From Heteronotia binoei (lineage: Eukaryota), in NCBI RefSeq assembly GCF_032191835.1, contig NC_083239.1, positions 56,544,001 through 56,608,000 on the forward strand: 64,000 nt of DNA. The letters run 5' to 3'. The position numbers were made by a program, and so were the translations under genes. Position 1 is the first letter of the stretch, and every line of letters starts with the position of its first letter. This document shows, piece by piece, positions 19,301-43,369 of this stretch. The notes under the pieces are model-generated. The model was given only the letters and a program-made list of their open reading frames with translations, searched no databases and had not been told where the DNA came from.

Positions 19301-22106
19301 TAACAAATGTCTCATTTGCGTTTGTAATATTGTAATTTCCCTTATAAGTTTCTTTTTCCCTGGCCTTTTTCTCAACTCCCCTTCTTTTTTTTATTTCATT
19401 TTAAATGTCTAACAACTGTTTTTCTTTTGCTCTCTTATCTTTATTATTCAAAGTAATCAATATTCCTCTCATTACTGCTTTATAGGCACACCAGACTGCC
19501 TGAAATTCTATATCCTCTTTGTCATTCACTTGAAAGAAAGCTTTAGTTTAATTTTCTAGGTATATCACTATTTCTTTATTCTGTAGTAAATCTTCATTCA
19601 ATCTCCGTCTTCTCAACTTCTTAGACAATTTTGTAATCCACATTATTGGGTTATGGTCAGCCCCAATTTTGGGTAAAATCTCTATTTTCCTTGTTATATG
19701 ATCTAGTGCCCCACAACATGTCAATTCTGGAAAAAGTTTTATGACTTGCTGAAAAAAAGGTATAGTCCCGCACTTTAGGGTTAAATTTCCTCCATATGTC
19801 CTCCAAATTTTCTTGTTTGACCAATTCAAAAAAAGACTTTGGCAATTTTCCTTTGTTATTATTTTTTTCCCCCAGACCTATCCAGTGAATTTTTAATTGT
19901 TCCATTAAAGTCTCCCATTATCAAAACTTGGTCATAAGTCAGTTCATCAAATTGTTGTATAATGTCTTTTTAAAAAGCATCCTTTGCACCATTAGGCGCA
20001 TACAGCCCCAATAACAATGGGGTTTTTTTGCATTTAATATTATTTCTACTGCAACAAATCTTCCATCTTTATCTTTAAGCACTAATTTTGGCTCCAATTC
20101 TTGTTTAATATAAAAAATCACTCCCCTTTTCTTCTGTTCAGCCAATGACAAAAATTCTAACCCCCAATTGTTTATTCCATAAAAATTTATAATCCTTTTG
20201 TTTAATATGCACTTTTTGTAAACAAACTATATTACAATTTTGCTTTTTAATCCAATGAAACGTTGCCCTTCTTTTTTGTGATGAATTTAGTCCATTTACA
20301 TTCCAAGACAATAATTTGTAATCCATCATGGTGCAAATTCTTTATGTTCTTCATAAAATCTACGCAGTTCCTGTGCATTTGTAATTGTGATTCTTTTCCC
20401 CTGAAGTTCAAATCTCAAACCTTCAAGTATTATCCCTCTAAACCTCATTTCATTGTCCCGTAATTTTTCTGTCAGTTTTTTATATGTTCTTCTACCATTT
20501 ATCACTTGCCTTGGCAACTCCTTCATAATTCTTACTCTGCTGCCTCCCACTATCAATGTCTTTTCAAAGTTTTTGTTCATGATCTTTCCCACCATTTTTT
20601 TTGTCATATATCTAATGACAACATCTCTTGGTAAATTATTTTTCTTGGCATAGAGTGAGTTCACTTTATAAATGTAATCATACATATTTTTAGTCTCTTC
20701 AGGATCTTCCTCCAAAAATTCTGCAATTATTTTTATTATATATTCTTTCAGGTCACCATCTTCCTTTTCAGGTACTCCTCTCAGACGTATCTGAGTCTCC
20801 ATCAGTTTGCAGTCATGGATTATCACTTTTTCTTGTATTTTCAACAAGGTGGAGTCATGTACTTTCATTCTCCCTTCTACCTCCTGCACTTTTTTAGATG
20901 TTTCCTCTGTCTCATTTCTGAGATCTTCCAGATCTTTTTAAATCTCTTCTATAATTTCTTTTTTTGATGCAGTTATCATCTCTCTCATACCTTTCATGCA
21001 TTTTCTCCAATGAAGTAGCCCTTGTACGGGTTTGCTTGTGTTCTGACATTTAAAAACACCGAAAAATTTGATCTCACCAATTTGAAATTTGACTATCAAG
21101 TTCGAAAGATTAGAGCTTGCTTTTTACAACAAGCCTAATTTCGCCATCCTCAGAGCTTCCCAAACCGAGATATTAATTTTTAAAGTTTTTAAATCCTTCA
21201 AAATGGCGGTCGCGACTTTTTGCTTCTTTCTAAAAAATTTTTTTCTTTTAAAGGCTTTTAAAGCCCATTATAAAGTCCAATATGTCCATTAGTATTTATC
21301 CTCTTATCATCATCTCAATTATTTCCAACAATTTTTAATGTTCCGAACACTTTGAAAATATTATGTAAATTTTGACCTCCTTGCAATGGCCACCGATGTT
21401 TCTCAATGCTATTATAATCCTAGAGTAGGCTTTTTGTCAGCTACTTCCTGCTTTGCTTGCCACCAAATCTCGTTTTCACTGGTAAAGAGATCTCACGATA
21501 CTTGACGTACTTCCTGTGTTGATTGTATATGCTGCAGGTCTGTGACGATGGTGCTCTTTTTTCAAAACCGCAAGTAGACCAAACAATAAATTCCTTTCCA
21601 CTTTTTAGCTCTGTCCTTTAATTTACAAAGTCCAAATTTTACCTCTTCCTCCCTTCTTCTTCCAAGCTTTCTAGATTTCTGTTTCCCACCTTCTGAATTT
21701 ATTCTGTTTAACTGTAAATAGTCCCAGAATGAAAGATAGTAATCTGTACCTTTTCTGCCAATTATCCAGATCCACACCGGTCTTCTGTAGCTTTAGATGT
21801 TTAGCAATGTCCAAGACGGTTAGGATGCTGTTGAGCTTATGTCAAATAAATGACTCTGAGAACTTCTGCAGATGATGAAAATTCAACTCTTCTCCGGAGA
21901 CCCCTCAAAGGAGCCCCCCCCCCCCAGGACTCCCTTTTAGCCAAGGTAAATCTCCTCAAAGTTTTCTGTGCATATCTTGGACTAATCTCTAACTGAGAAA
22001 AGTAGGCAGTAGGCATTAATTTGCCTTCCACTACCCCGAACAGAAGTTCCAGACTGTCCCGTTGTGAGAAGCAGCACAGCTTGGCATTTTCCTCCCCTGG
22101 AAGTCC
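16397..22106 (-). mobile_element. Full-length, frameshifted L1/Tx1-clade LINE (about 5.7 kb) with 21-bp TSD
   Basis: ORF1 remnant about 21049-20326 (IRLRGVPEKE..PRDVVIRY). ORF2 starts 20329: APE LLSWNVNGLN..CLQ, RT FADAEKAFD..GTRQGFPLSPLLF..AFADD..KYLGV, C-terminal CWKC..H..WTC, ends 16603. AATAAA near the 3' end. GGAAGGCTGAGTCAACCTTGA at 16376-16396 and 22107-22127. Confidence 0.92.
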
Positions 22107-22460
22107 GGAAGGCTGAGTCAACCTTGAGCCGACTACCTGAACCCAGCTTCCACTCACAGACTTTTTACGGGGTGGTTTGCCATTGCCTTCCCCAGTCATC
22201 TACGCTTTTCTCCCAGCAAGCTGGGGACTCATTTTACCAACCTTGGAAGAATGGACAGCTGAGTCAACTTTGAGCTGACTACCTGAACCCAGTTTCCACT
22301 CACAGACTTTTTACAGGGTGGTTTGCCCTTGCCTTTCTCAGTCATCTACATGTTCTCCCCAACAAGCTGGGTACTCAGAAGGATGGAAGGCTGAGTCAAC
22401 CTTGAGCTGACTCCCTGAACCAGCTTCCACTGGGATCGAACTCAGGTCATGACCTTGGAC
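22107..22460 (-). mobile_element. Sauria SINE, 5' half with internal tandem triplication (periods 146 and 132 bp)
   Basis: GCTGAGTCAAC recurs at 22112, 22258 and 22390; B-box remnant GGGATCGAACTC near 22432. Confidence 0.8.
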
Positions 22461-22739
22461 TCTTACTCTTTGTATTGCTATTACAAACCACAATATTAAA
22501 AAAAAAAAAACAGTGGAGGAACATTTTAATTTTCCAGGACATTAAGTTGCTGACCTAAGAACAGCACTTCTCTTACAAAGGAATGTCAAAAGATTAGAGA
22601 GTGTTGAATTGCAGCTGTTAATAAAGCTCAAGACAATGCATCTGTATCCTCCTGGACTGAATTGAGACCTAGGTTTCTTCTCTCATTACCAATGCCTGCT
22701 AAAAACGCATCTGAAATCACTTCACTCTCCAAGATATAA

Positions 22740-23210
22740 GGACAGATAGACTGCTGTTCTAGTTGCATCTGAAGCTCACACCTTGCCACAAATTTTGTTA
22801 GTTGCTAAGGTGTTACGGGACTCTTCCTCCCCTCCACTAAAAAAACTGTTGCAAGCTGTGCTGTTAGGTTTCTTTCTCACCTCCACCTGTTAGAATCCAC
22901 CTCCCTCCTGGAGAAAGCTTATAGCTGGAATAAAACTTTGTTGGTCTTTGTCAGACTGTTAGCTGCCCTGAGTCTGCTTGCGGAGAGGGTGGGATAAAAA
23001 TTTAAGGTAAGTAAATAAACAAAGGTGTCACAGGACTCTCCCCGCTCCCTCCCGGACTAGATTTGCTAGCTGTGCAGTTAGCTTTCTTCCCCTCCCCAAC
23101 TGTTAGAACTGGAAAGGGGGATCTCTCTCTCTCTCTCCCCCTCTGAAGCATGCTTGCACATGGAAACTTATACCTAGAATAAAACTTAATTGTCTTAAAG
23201 GTGCCACATC
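22740..23210. mobile_element. Cluster of three degraded Penelope-like terminal fragments
   Basis: Variants of CTGAAG...GAAAGCTTATA...AATAAAAC..TGTT(A/G)GTCTT(T/A)AAGGTG at about 22765, 22915 and 23145; family assigned from memory. Confidence 0.45.
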
Positions 23211-23637
23211 TCTCTCTCTCTCTCTCTTTCTGTCCCCCTTCCTTCCTGCCCAGAGGAGGAGGGGGAGGAACACTCAGCCTATCAAGAGAAGGGAGGTTTG
23301 GATTTCTGTCTCTCCTCCACGAAGCAGAAAGCAGGAGACGAAAGAGCTGGGCAAAAGCAAGCTGTGAAGCAGTTAGCTGATGAAAGCCATTAGCTTGCAG
23401 GCAGGATAGGAGCCCTGAAGGGGCCGATTCTGGCCTGTATGCTGGACATCCGTGCCCTAGAGCGCTGTCTGCCCCGCAGGGGCTTAAAACGTTCGCCTGC
23501 TCATCCCACTCTTATGTGGGGGGGAAGCTGTCCGGCTCCTCAGCAACGGAACACCAGAGCTTGTAGCAGAGAGAAAAGCAAACAGCTCCATGGAAGAGCA
23601 GCAGGAAAGGAGGACTTAAAAGGGGAAGCACACACAC

Positions 23638-23643
23638 TTTATT
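23638..23643 (-). terminator. Candidate CCNP polyadenylation signal
   Basis: AATAAA on the minus strand, about 340 nt past the stop. Confidence 0.6.
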
Positions 23644-23980
23644 ATAAACTTTTAGAGTCTCACTTTTTTTCTTTTTAACTGGCTCTGTAAACATTCAAGA
23701 CATCAGCCCTGTAGGTCGGCAGAACCTCCAAGGCACACGGAAACGGCAGCTGGAAGAGGCAGCAGCAGCCCTCCCCCCCACCCCAGAAACATATTCAACA
23801 CCCCCCCCCAAGGTCTGCTGGAAGACCCACGACTGTTCTTGGGATCCTCAGCCCCTCCTGCACCCCTGCAGAGGGGGGGCTCCGACACCTTGAGTTCCCT
23901 CCTGCCAGACCAGTGCATGAAGCGTTGCTTTCCGCAGGAAGACCCTCCCCTCCTCAGGAGCCCCCCCCAGCAATCCTGGT

Positions 23981-26340
23981 TCATGGGGTGGGGCTTCCCA
24001 GGAAGCGTCTCAAGTAGGTGGAGTTGGTGAGAGCAGAACTGGTGCTGGTGCAGAGCTTCTGAGGCCTGGAGTACTTCTGGAAGGTGGCGCAGAGGGCAGA
24101 GTTGGAGCCTCTCATGGCGGCCCGGGCCATAGATGGATAGACGGCAGACAGCTCTGACGCACTGCAAGGAGGGGGGAGGCGAGAATCAGGGGCTGGCTGG
24201 AGCGGGGGGGGGGGGAGTCCAGGAAGGGGTGATGCTGAGCTGGTCTACAGCCTACGAAAGGCTGAGCCAAGATTTCTGTGCTTTGCCTGAATGGCTGGCA
24301 AGACTGCTGTGCTTTTGTGGCCAGAAAGGGGCTCAGAGGAAGTCTGACTTCCAAGAACGGAGCCAGTTGTCCGCAATGGCTGGGAGTCAGCTCTGGCCAA
24401 GTACCCCTCAGAGCAAGGGGGGGGGGGCAGGCAGAATAAAGCAGTCTGAGGCAGGGGCAGGTTCTCTCCCTGGAAATGTGATGTGGAAGGGGGAAGAGGC
24501 TCTGCCTCTCCATTTCTGCTCTGCTGGTATATTTGGAAATGGTAGCTTTTGCTTTGGGCACAGAAGAACTCCTAAAGCTTTGACGGGGGGGGGGGGGCAA
24601 TTCTGCAGCTACCACAGAAGGTGTTTTGGACCAATTTGTGCACAGAAATGAGAAAAGGAGGGACAACCAGCCTGCCCCTTTCCGAAGCACTCCTCAGGCA
24701 GACCCCCTCTCCCTCCGGGCTGGCGCTCTCTCTTACCTGTACAGGTGGAATCTGGGGGAAGCTTCCTGTGAGCCTGTGGTGCCCCCGTCGCCCAGGACTC
24801 GCTGTGCCAGGCCAAGGGCTGCGATGGAGAGCAGAGCTGGCTCAACATCCACCGCCTCTGCCTCCATCAGGGAAAGCTCCATGAAGTACATGGCCATGTG
24901 CTGGACCTGCGGAAGGAGGGAAGAAGGCAGCTCTCAGTGGGAAAGAGAAGCCAGCGGTCTGCCTGCGCAGCCCCCTTCCCCGCCTCTGAGCCAGCCCCCC
25001 CCCCAAGTGGGCAAGGTGCCAGGAGCGACGGTGAGCATGCAGGGAGGGAAGGCGGCCCACCCCAAACGCCCATGGAACCAGGAAGCAGATTCCACCACTG
25101 GGCCCGCCCCTTCCCAAAGCCCCTTCCTTTCCTCTGGGCTGGCCCGGCCCACTGCGGCCAGCAGGTGGAGCAGCGGCACAGGGTTGGCGTAGTGGAGCCC
25201 AAACTGGAGGCGGGCCAAGATCTTGCGCTCCATGCAGAAGAGCTCCTTGGGGGAGACGGTGCCCTCGGTCATGAAGCACAGCTGGCTGGGCTGGAGGAGG
25301 GAGGAAGGAAGGAAGGGCAGGGAAGGCGTGAGGCAGGGGGGCCCATCAGGGCCTGGGCCAAGGGGGGCGGGATGGCCAGAGAGCTTCCGTAGAGGCTCCT
25401 AGCCCAGCATCCTGACCCCTACACCACGGGGGGCCAAGCTCAGGCTGGGGCTTCACAGACCTCATTTGCTGGCTCCTGCCCCTCCTAGGATGGGGTGGCA
25501 GGTGGTCAAACCGCCCCCCCCCCCCGCCACTGGCCAGCCAGATTAGACCAAGGAGGCTGCCCGGACCCTACCTGGGGGCAGGACGTCTCCTCCACCTTGC
25601 AGGCCAGGAAGAGGCAGGTGACGCTGAGGAGCTGGAGCGTGGCCACTCGTACCTTGCTCATTTTCAGGTAGGCATTCATGAGGTACACGGCCAAGTAGAG
25701 GGTGTCGTCCGCCAGCTTCAGGTACTCCTGAGGAGTCAAGCGTTGGGGGGAGGCGTTTGGAGGGGCCCGCCTGCCTTTCTCTGCTCTTCTTTGGGGGCAC
25801 CCCCAGGGGGCGAGGGGCTTTGAACAGGAGACCAGAGATCAACCCATCTGAGGCTCTGGCGGGCCGAGGAGGAGAGAAATCTCACCGGGGCAGACCCTTG
25901 GGGGCCCCAGATGGGGGGAGGGAAGGGGGGCACCTACATGCACCTTCACCAGCCAGTCGACGAGGAGTGCCCGCCCCTCTGCAGTCAGGGCGTGGGGCAG
26001 GTCAGACGCTTGGAAGCTGAACCGTGGCTGCTCCTGGGGGGGGGGGAATCACATAATCATAGAGTTGGAAGGGACCTCTAGTGCAAGGAAGAGGGGGAGC
26101 CCATTGCGCCCAGAGCCGCAAGGAAAGTGTTGGGGGGGGGGGGGGGAGGGCAGCTCTTGGGAAAGGCTGCTGAGACACCTGGCTCAGGTCTCATGGGAGG
26201 GCAGGAAGAGGCAGCAATGCCCCCCCAGCTCACCATCAGGCTCCTGAAGATGTCCCAGGCGTACTCCTGCTCCACCCCCATGGCCATGCGCTTCATGGCT
26301 TGCGATAGCTCCTGGCCCAGAGATGCCGAGAGGGGGGCCA
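23981..26340 (-). CDS. CCNP: Cyclin P (CNTD2) core exons; 5' exons unresolved (candidate ATG at 27516)
   Basis: Exons 26340-26234 (EQEYAWDIFRSLM), 26033-25938 (RALLVDWLVKVH), 25727-25572 (EYLKLADDTLYLAV..LQLLSVTCLFLACKVEE), 25290-25132 (ERKILARLQFGLH), 24906-24737 (YFMELSLMEAEA), 24161-23981 (MARAAMRG..FQKYSRPQ, stop). Cyclin fold plus synteny. The donor after 25132 is GA, not GT. Confidence 0.85.
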
Positions 26341-27299
26341 CTGAAGAGCGGGGGGGGGGGGAGAGGGGAACATCAGTCAGTCGGGCGGGGGGGGTCTTTT
26401 TTGGAGACCAGGATGCTGCAGCACCCTGAAGGAGGCCCGGGGGGATTGGCTGGAGCCTCTCACTGCAGAGAAGGGGCTGTGCAGTCTGGATGGACCACCG
26501 GGAGTGATGGACCTGCAGCTCTCCACCACAAGGCCTCAGTGGCCCAGGAGCCGCCCAGCCCAGCCCACCTGCCTCCCCTCCCCCACCTCAGCCCCCTACC
26601 TCTCCACTGAGGAGTCTCTGCAGCAGCAGCAGCGGCTTTTGTGGGGCAGGCAGCTCCAGACTTCTCCAGGGCTCTGTCCCTCCCCTGGCCCTCCTTGGAG
26701 AAGAAAGATTGGCGTGGCAGCAAGAGCAGAGAGCAGAAGGGGCAGTTCCCGAAGCAGAGGATCTCTCTGGCCGAAGGTTATCCACAGTGCCGGCTCCACA
26801 GCATTTTGTGCCCTCGGCAAAACTCTCTTTCCCCACCCCTCTGCTGCGCCATACCAGTGCTTTTGCACCCCCAGGGGGTGCAAAGGGAGGGAGAAAGCCC
26901 CTGCCTCCCTGGAAACTCCGGAAAGGCATGAGGGAGACAGCCCAACCCAGCACCCCCAGTCTGCCGGCCCCCTAGGCGACTGCCAGCCCTGGCGGGGAGG
27001 GAGGGGGAGATGGAGCCCCCAAGAGGAGCCCAAAGTCAGGGCGGGCAAAACCACACCAAGCAGCAGGATTTCTCCAGTGGAGAGCCTGCAGACATCTCTG
27101 GGTGGTCTGTGGTGCCCTCCGGAGTGGAGCCAGAGGCCGCTCTCTTGTGGGCACGCCCAGATGGAAGGTGCTCCTCCCACCCCCAGGGCAGGAGCTGGGA
27201 ACGGCCACTGAACCAGCCTCTCCCTGGAGAGAAGGCTCTCCTGTCGCGGCGCCTGCAAGAGGCCTCCTCCCAGAGCCCCCCCCCCCCGCTCTTCCCTTC

Positions 27300-27850
27300 T
27301 TGGCAGGCAGGCCCGCCCGCCCTCCACCTCGGCCGCTCTTCAAGGGGCCTGCCCGGCCCCACTGGACAGACGCAGGCAGGCTTCGGAGGAGGGGGCCTGA
27401 AGCCGCCTGGGGCGGGATGGAAGCGGCCTTCTGGAGGCCAAGCCCAGCGATCCCCTGCGTACCCGTGGCGGCAGCGGCTCCGTCGGGCGGCTGGGCTGAG
27501 CCCGCAGGCTGGCCATGAAGGCAGGGCAGGGCGAGGCGCAGGGGCAGCAAAGCAGCAGCAGGAGCAGGGCGGGCGGCGCCTCTCTCGCCAGCAAGGCTGG
27601 GCGGGTCGCAGGGGCCTGGGCGGGGCTGCCGCTGCCGCAGCTGGCCCCGGGACGAAGCGCGGCCTGTGCGCAAGAGCGCGGCCAGAGCCTCAGGCGGAAC
27701 AGGGGAGGAGCGGGCCCGACTCTGCGCGGGGCAGAAGCACAAGGGGAGTCCCGGGCACAGGGCAAGACCCAGAGGGGCCCGTTGAGAGCAGCCCAGCCCC
27801 GCTTGCAGAGCACGGGGCTCCCAGCCAGCCCCCACGGAAACCTTCCCGCA
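27300..27850 (-). promoter_or_regulatory. CpG-rich probable CCNP promoter/first exon
   Basis: CpG cluster; candidate 18-codon exon MASLRAQPSRPTEPLPPR (27516-27463) ending at donor GTACGC. Confidence 0.45.
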
Positions 27851-28082
27851 GCGCAGCGAGAAGCCACATTCACCATTGGCCTTTTTCCTGTGTTCCTTTG
27901 CTTCTTTGGGGGGGGGGGGCGGGGGGAGAGGCAACGATGGGTGGGAGTCAGCAGCCACGGTGGGGGGAGGGAGGGGACCCCAGCAGAATGACCCCCCCCC
28001 GTCAGCACCAGCTACTGCCCAGCTGCACCCCCCTCCCCCCCCAAGAACAGCAGCACACCAGCTGGAAACAAAACAGAACCGT

Positions 28083-28361
28083 TTTATTGCTTGTACCGTA
28101 CAAACCCAGGGAAGAGGCTGGCCTTCTGGGGCCTACAGAAGCCAAGCGAGCAGCACCACCGCCCCCCCCCCCTTCTACAAACTGAGCTCGAGTGGGGGCG
28201 GGGGGGAGGGGGGCTGCTGGTTTCCAGTGCCGAAAAACACCCCGCAGCACCAGAGCCGGCTTCTTCACACTAAGGCGCCTCCCTACTGCAAAGCCAGGAT
28301 TAAGTTAACAAACTTCAACTATCACAGCTCTAGAAACAGAAAGAACGCTTTTATTTTTATT
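28083..28361 (-). terminator. AKT2 polyadenylation signals (28083-28088; tandem 28350-28361)
   Basis: AATAAA hexamers on the minus strand in the only AT-rich patches about 2.7-3.0 kb past the AKT2 stop. Confidence 0.65.
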
Positions 28362-31060
28362 TCTTAAAAAACCCAATGTAAAGAGTAAAAAAAGAGAGAG
28401 ACTCTCTCTCCAGGGTTCCCTGGAATCCAGAGGCACCTTCGTCTGGCTCCCAAGAGTTCCTATACAGCATTATTGGAATCCAAAAGGCCGAGCCCCCGTG
28501 CCCAGAGCTCCAGGCTGGGCGATGGCAAGTGGGCACTTGAGGGCCGGAGAAGGGGCCGGGGAGTGGAAGGCCCAGGCAAAGGCCAGCAGACCTCCCTGAA
28601 GGCTCTTTGGAAAGACAGCCCATTCAGCCTTGACCGGGCCAGCTGAGGCTCCCCTCCACGGAGACTAGCTCCACCGTGGGTCTGCTGCAAACAGGGCTTG
28701 TCCCTCCCTCCAGCAGCCCAGGTGAGCGAGCGGCAGAGCCCAAGGGGCCACCAGGAGGGCAGGGAAAGAAGGCCCCCCACTCAGAGAAAAGGCGCTTGAA
28801 GGTGGCAAGGCACCCGCGTGGGGACAGGAGGGGCTCTCCCCCCCCCCTGCAAGAAAAGAGCCCCGTCCGCATGGAGAAGGGGGCAGGTGGTGGTCCTGAG
28901 GCCCAGAGAGACCTCCAAGGCTTTCCTGCAGACACTCTCCCCACCCCCGACACCAGGAGATGCATTCTGCCCTGGGGACCACTGGCTGCCCACCAAGGAG
29001 AAGGTACGGGCAATGCAAAGCCAGACTCCAGCCCCTGTGCCGCTGCCTACAGGATGGGCCCCAACAGCTCCCAGGCCTTGTGCAGCAGCAGCAGCAGGAG
29101 TGGAGGAGCCGCCCCAGCCAGGAGATGAGGCAGGCACCCCCCCCCCCCAAGCCCCACCTTTCACACTGACATCCAACCACCTCGGAAGGGAGCACTGGTG
29201 GGGCTGCTCCCCCTTTGCCTGCCTCTCCCAGCAGAGGGGAAACTGCCCTCAACAGCAGAACCTTTCCTATATCCAGAGACTGGGCAGGCAGCCTCTGACT
29301 CCCCAGAGGACTTCCCACCCCTGCTCAGCCGGGGCCAGCCGCTTCCTGTGCCCAGAGAACCAGCAGGGAACCAGGGGGGGGGAATACTGTCTCAATTCCC
29401 CCCCCCCCGTACACACAGTCTGCAGAAGGCATGTCCTCAGCCTCCTCCTCTGCAAGGCGTCCCCCCCCCCACCCGCAGCAGGGAGGCTTTGGGGCAGCCC
29501 CCTCCTTCCCTAGCCAGCATGAGAGACGGGGGGCTCTCGTGAGGAGGGCAGGGGCTGACGGAGCCGGGGGAAAGACATTGGGGGGGGGGATCTGAAGCCT
29601 TCCAGGAAAGGTGAGCTGGCTCGGGGGGGCCTCCTCTAAGGCTCACCTGCTGTTTCTGAAATGTCAACAGGAGTCTAGGGGGGCGCTCTGCAGGTGCAAA
29701 GAGCCACCACTGGGCTCAAGGAGGAGGCCTGCCTATCCAGCCCCGCCCCCCCCTCCACAACAGGGCCCAAGCAGAGACACAGGCCAGCCGGCGGGGGAGG
29801 GGGCAAGGAGGAAGCCAAACCCAAAGAGGCCAGCTGCCCTGAGGGAAGCCATCCATTGCCAGCAACGGAAGAGGCAGCCGGGAGCAAATGGGCTGAGTGT
29901 CTGGGCACCCCCCTCCTGCCAAAGGGAGAAGGGATCCGCCGCAGAGAGGCCTGGGCGACCCGGCCAGCTGGAAGTGGCCCGTGGTGGTGGTGGGGGGGCA
30001 AGGCACCGTGCAGACGTGGGGCAGCTGCTTGCCCCTTTGATGTGGCAGCTGCACAGCAAAGCCAGAGCACTGCTCGTTTGGGGCAGGATGGAGAAGCCAA
30101 GGTTCCTCTTGAGATGCAAGAGTGGAGATGCGGAGGAGAAGGCGGGGCCTTGGGGCTTCCTCCCCTCTGCCAGCGTAAAGCACGGAGCCCAAAGGGGGAG
30201 CAGCTGCTGCTGGTAGGGCAGGAACGAGGCAGCTGTTTGGGCGGCCCAGTTTGCAGAGAATGGATCCTAGAGAGCAGGGCCCAGGAACCAAGCAACGGGT
30301 GCTGGGCATGCATTGCCCTTGAGCTAAGGCAGCGGCAAAGTCCACAACTGCGTGGGCAAAAGACGCCCCCCTGCCCCAGCTCACTGGGGGGCCATGCACC
30401 AAGCGCAGAGGAGCTGGAAACTTCGTCGCCAAGGAGGGCGCAGCTGCTGGCAGCCGGCTGGGCTGTCTCTCTCTCTCTCTCCCCCTGTTGCACAAGGGAC
30501 CAGTCTGAGCAGGAGAGGCACCTAGCAGAGAGCACAGCCAGCGTTGGCTCTAGTGCCTCCTGGTGGCAGGAGGGCATCCCACATTCAACACGCAGGCTGT
30601 GGGGCCACAATGCCCCCCCTTCACAAAATGTGCCTTTTTTGGTACGCCACGTGGCAGTGTGTTGCTCCAAAGGGATTCCCTCCGGTCCGTCCACAAGCAA
30701 GCTCACTGGAAACCCCTCCCCTGGCTCCGAGGGGCTCCAGAGAAACTCCCAAGGAAACCTCAGAGAACAGCCCCCATGGCAGGGCACGGAGTCTTTGGAA
30801 GCTGTTGCTGCGGCCCCCAGACTGCTCTCCTTTAAAATGCCAGCGGGGCTGAGAGCCGGGAGGCCCTGGGCACAGAGAGCCCCACTTCCTTGCTGTGGCA
30901 AGTTCCGGACTCTTCAGGGGAAGGCAGGCAGGGCTGGTGAAGTCAGTCCAGTCCCCCAGGAGCCAGGGGGTGTGCTGTGTGCGTGCTGCTGCAGAACCAG
31001 CCCCAGGGGATCTCTCTGCTCCTCGAGGGGCTCTCCCAGGGGGAGGGGACCGCTGCCCGC

Positions 31061-43369
<12,309 letters not shown>

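Noticed and set aside
23377-23400. CTGATGA as a hammerhead core
   Set aside because: The following hairpin is not followed by GAAA and no stems I or III are evident.
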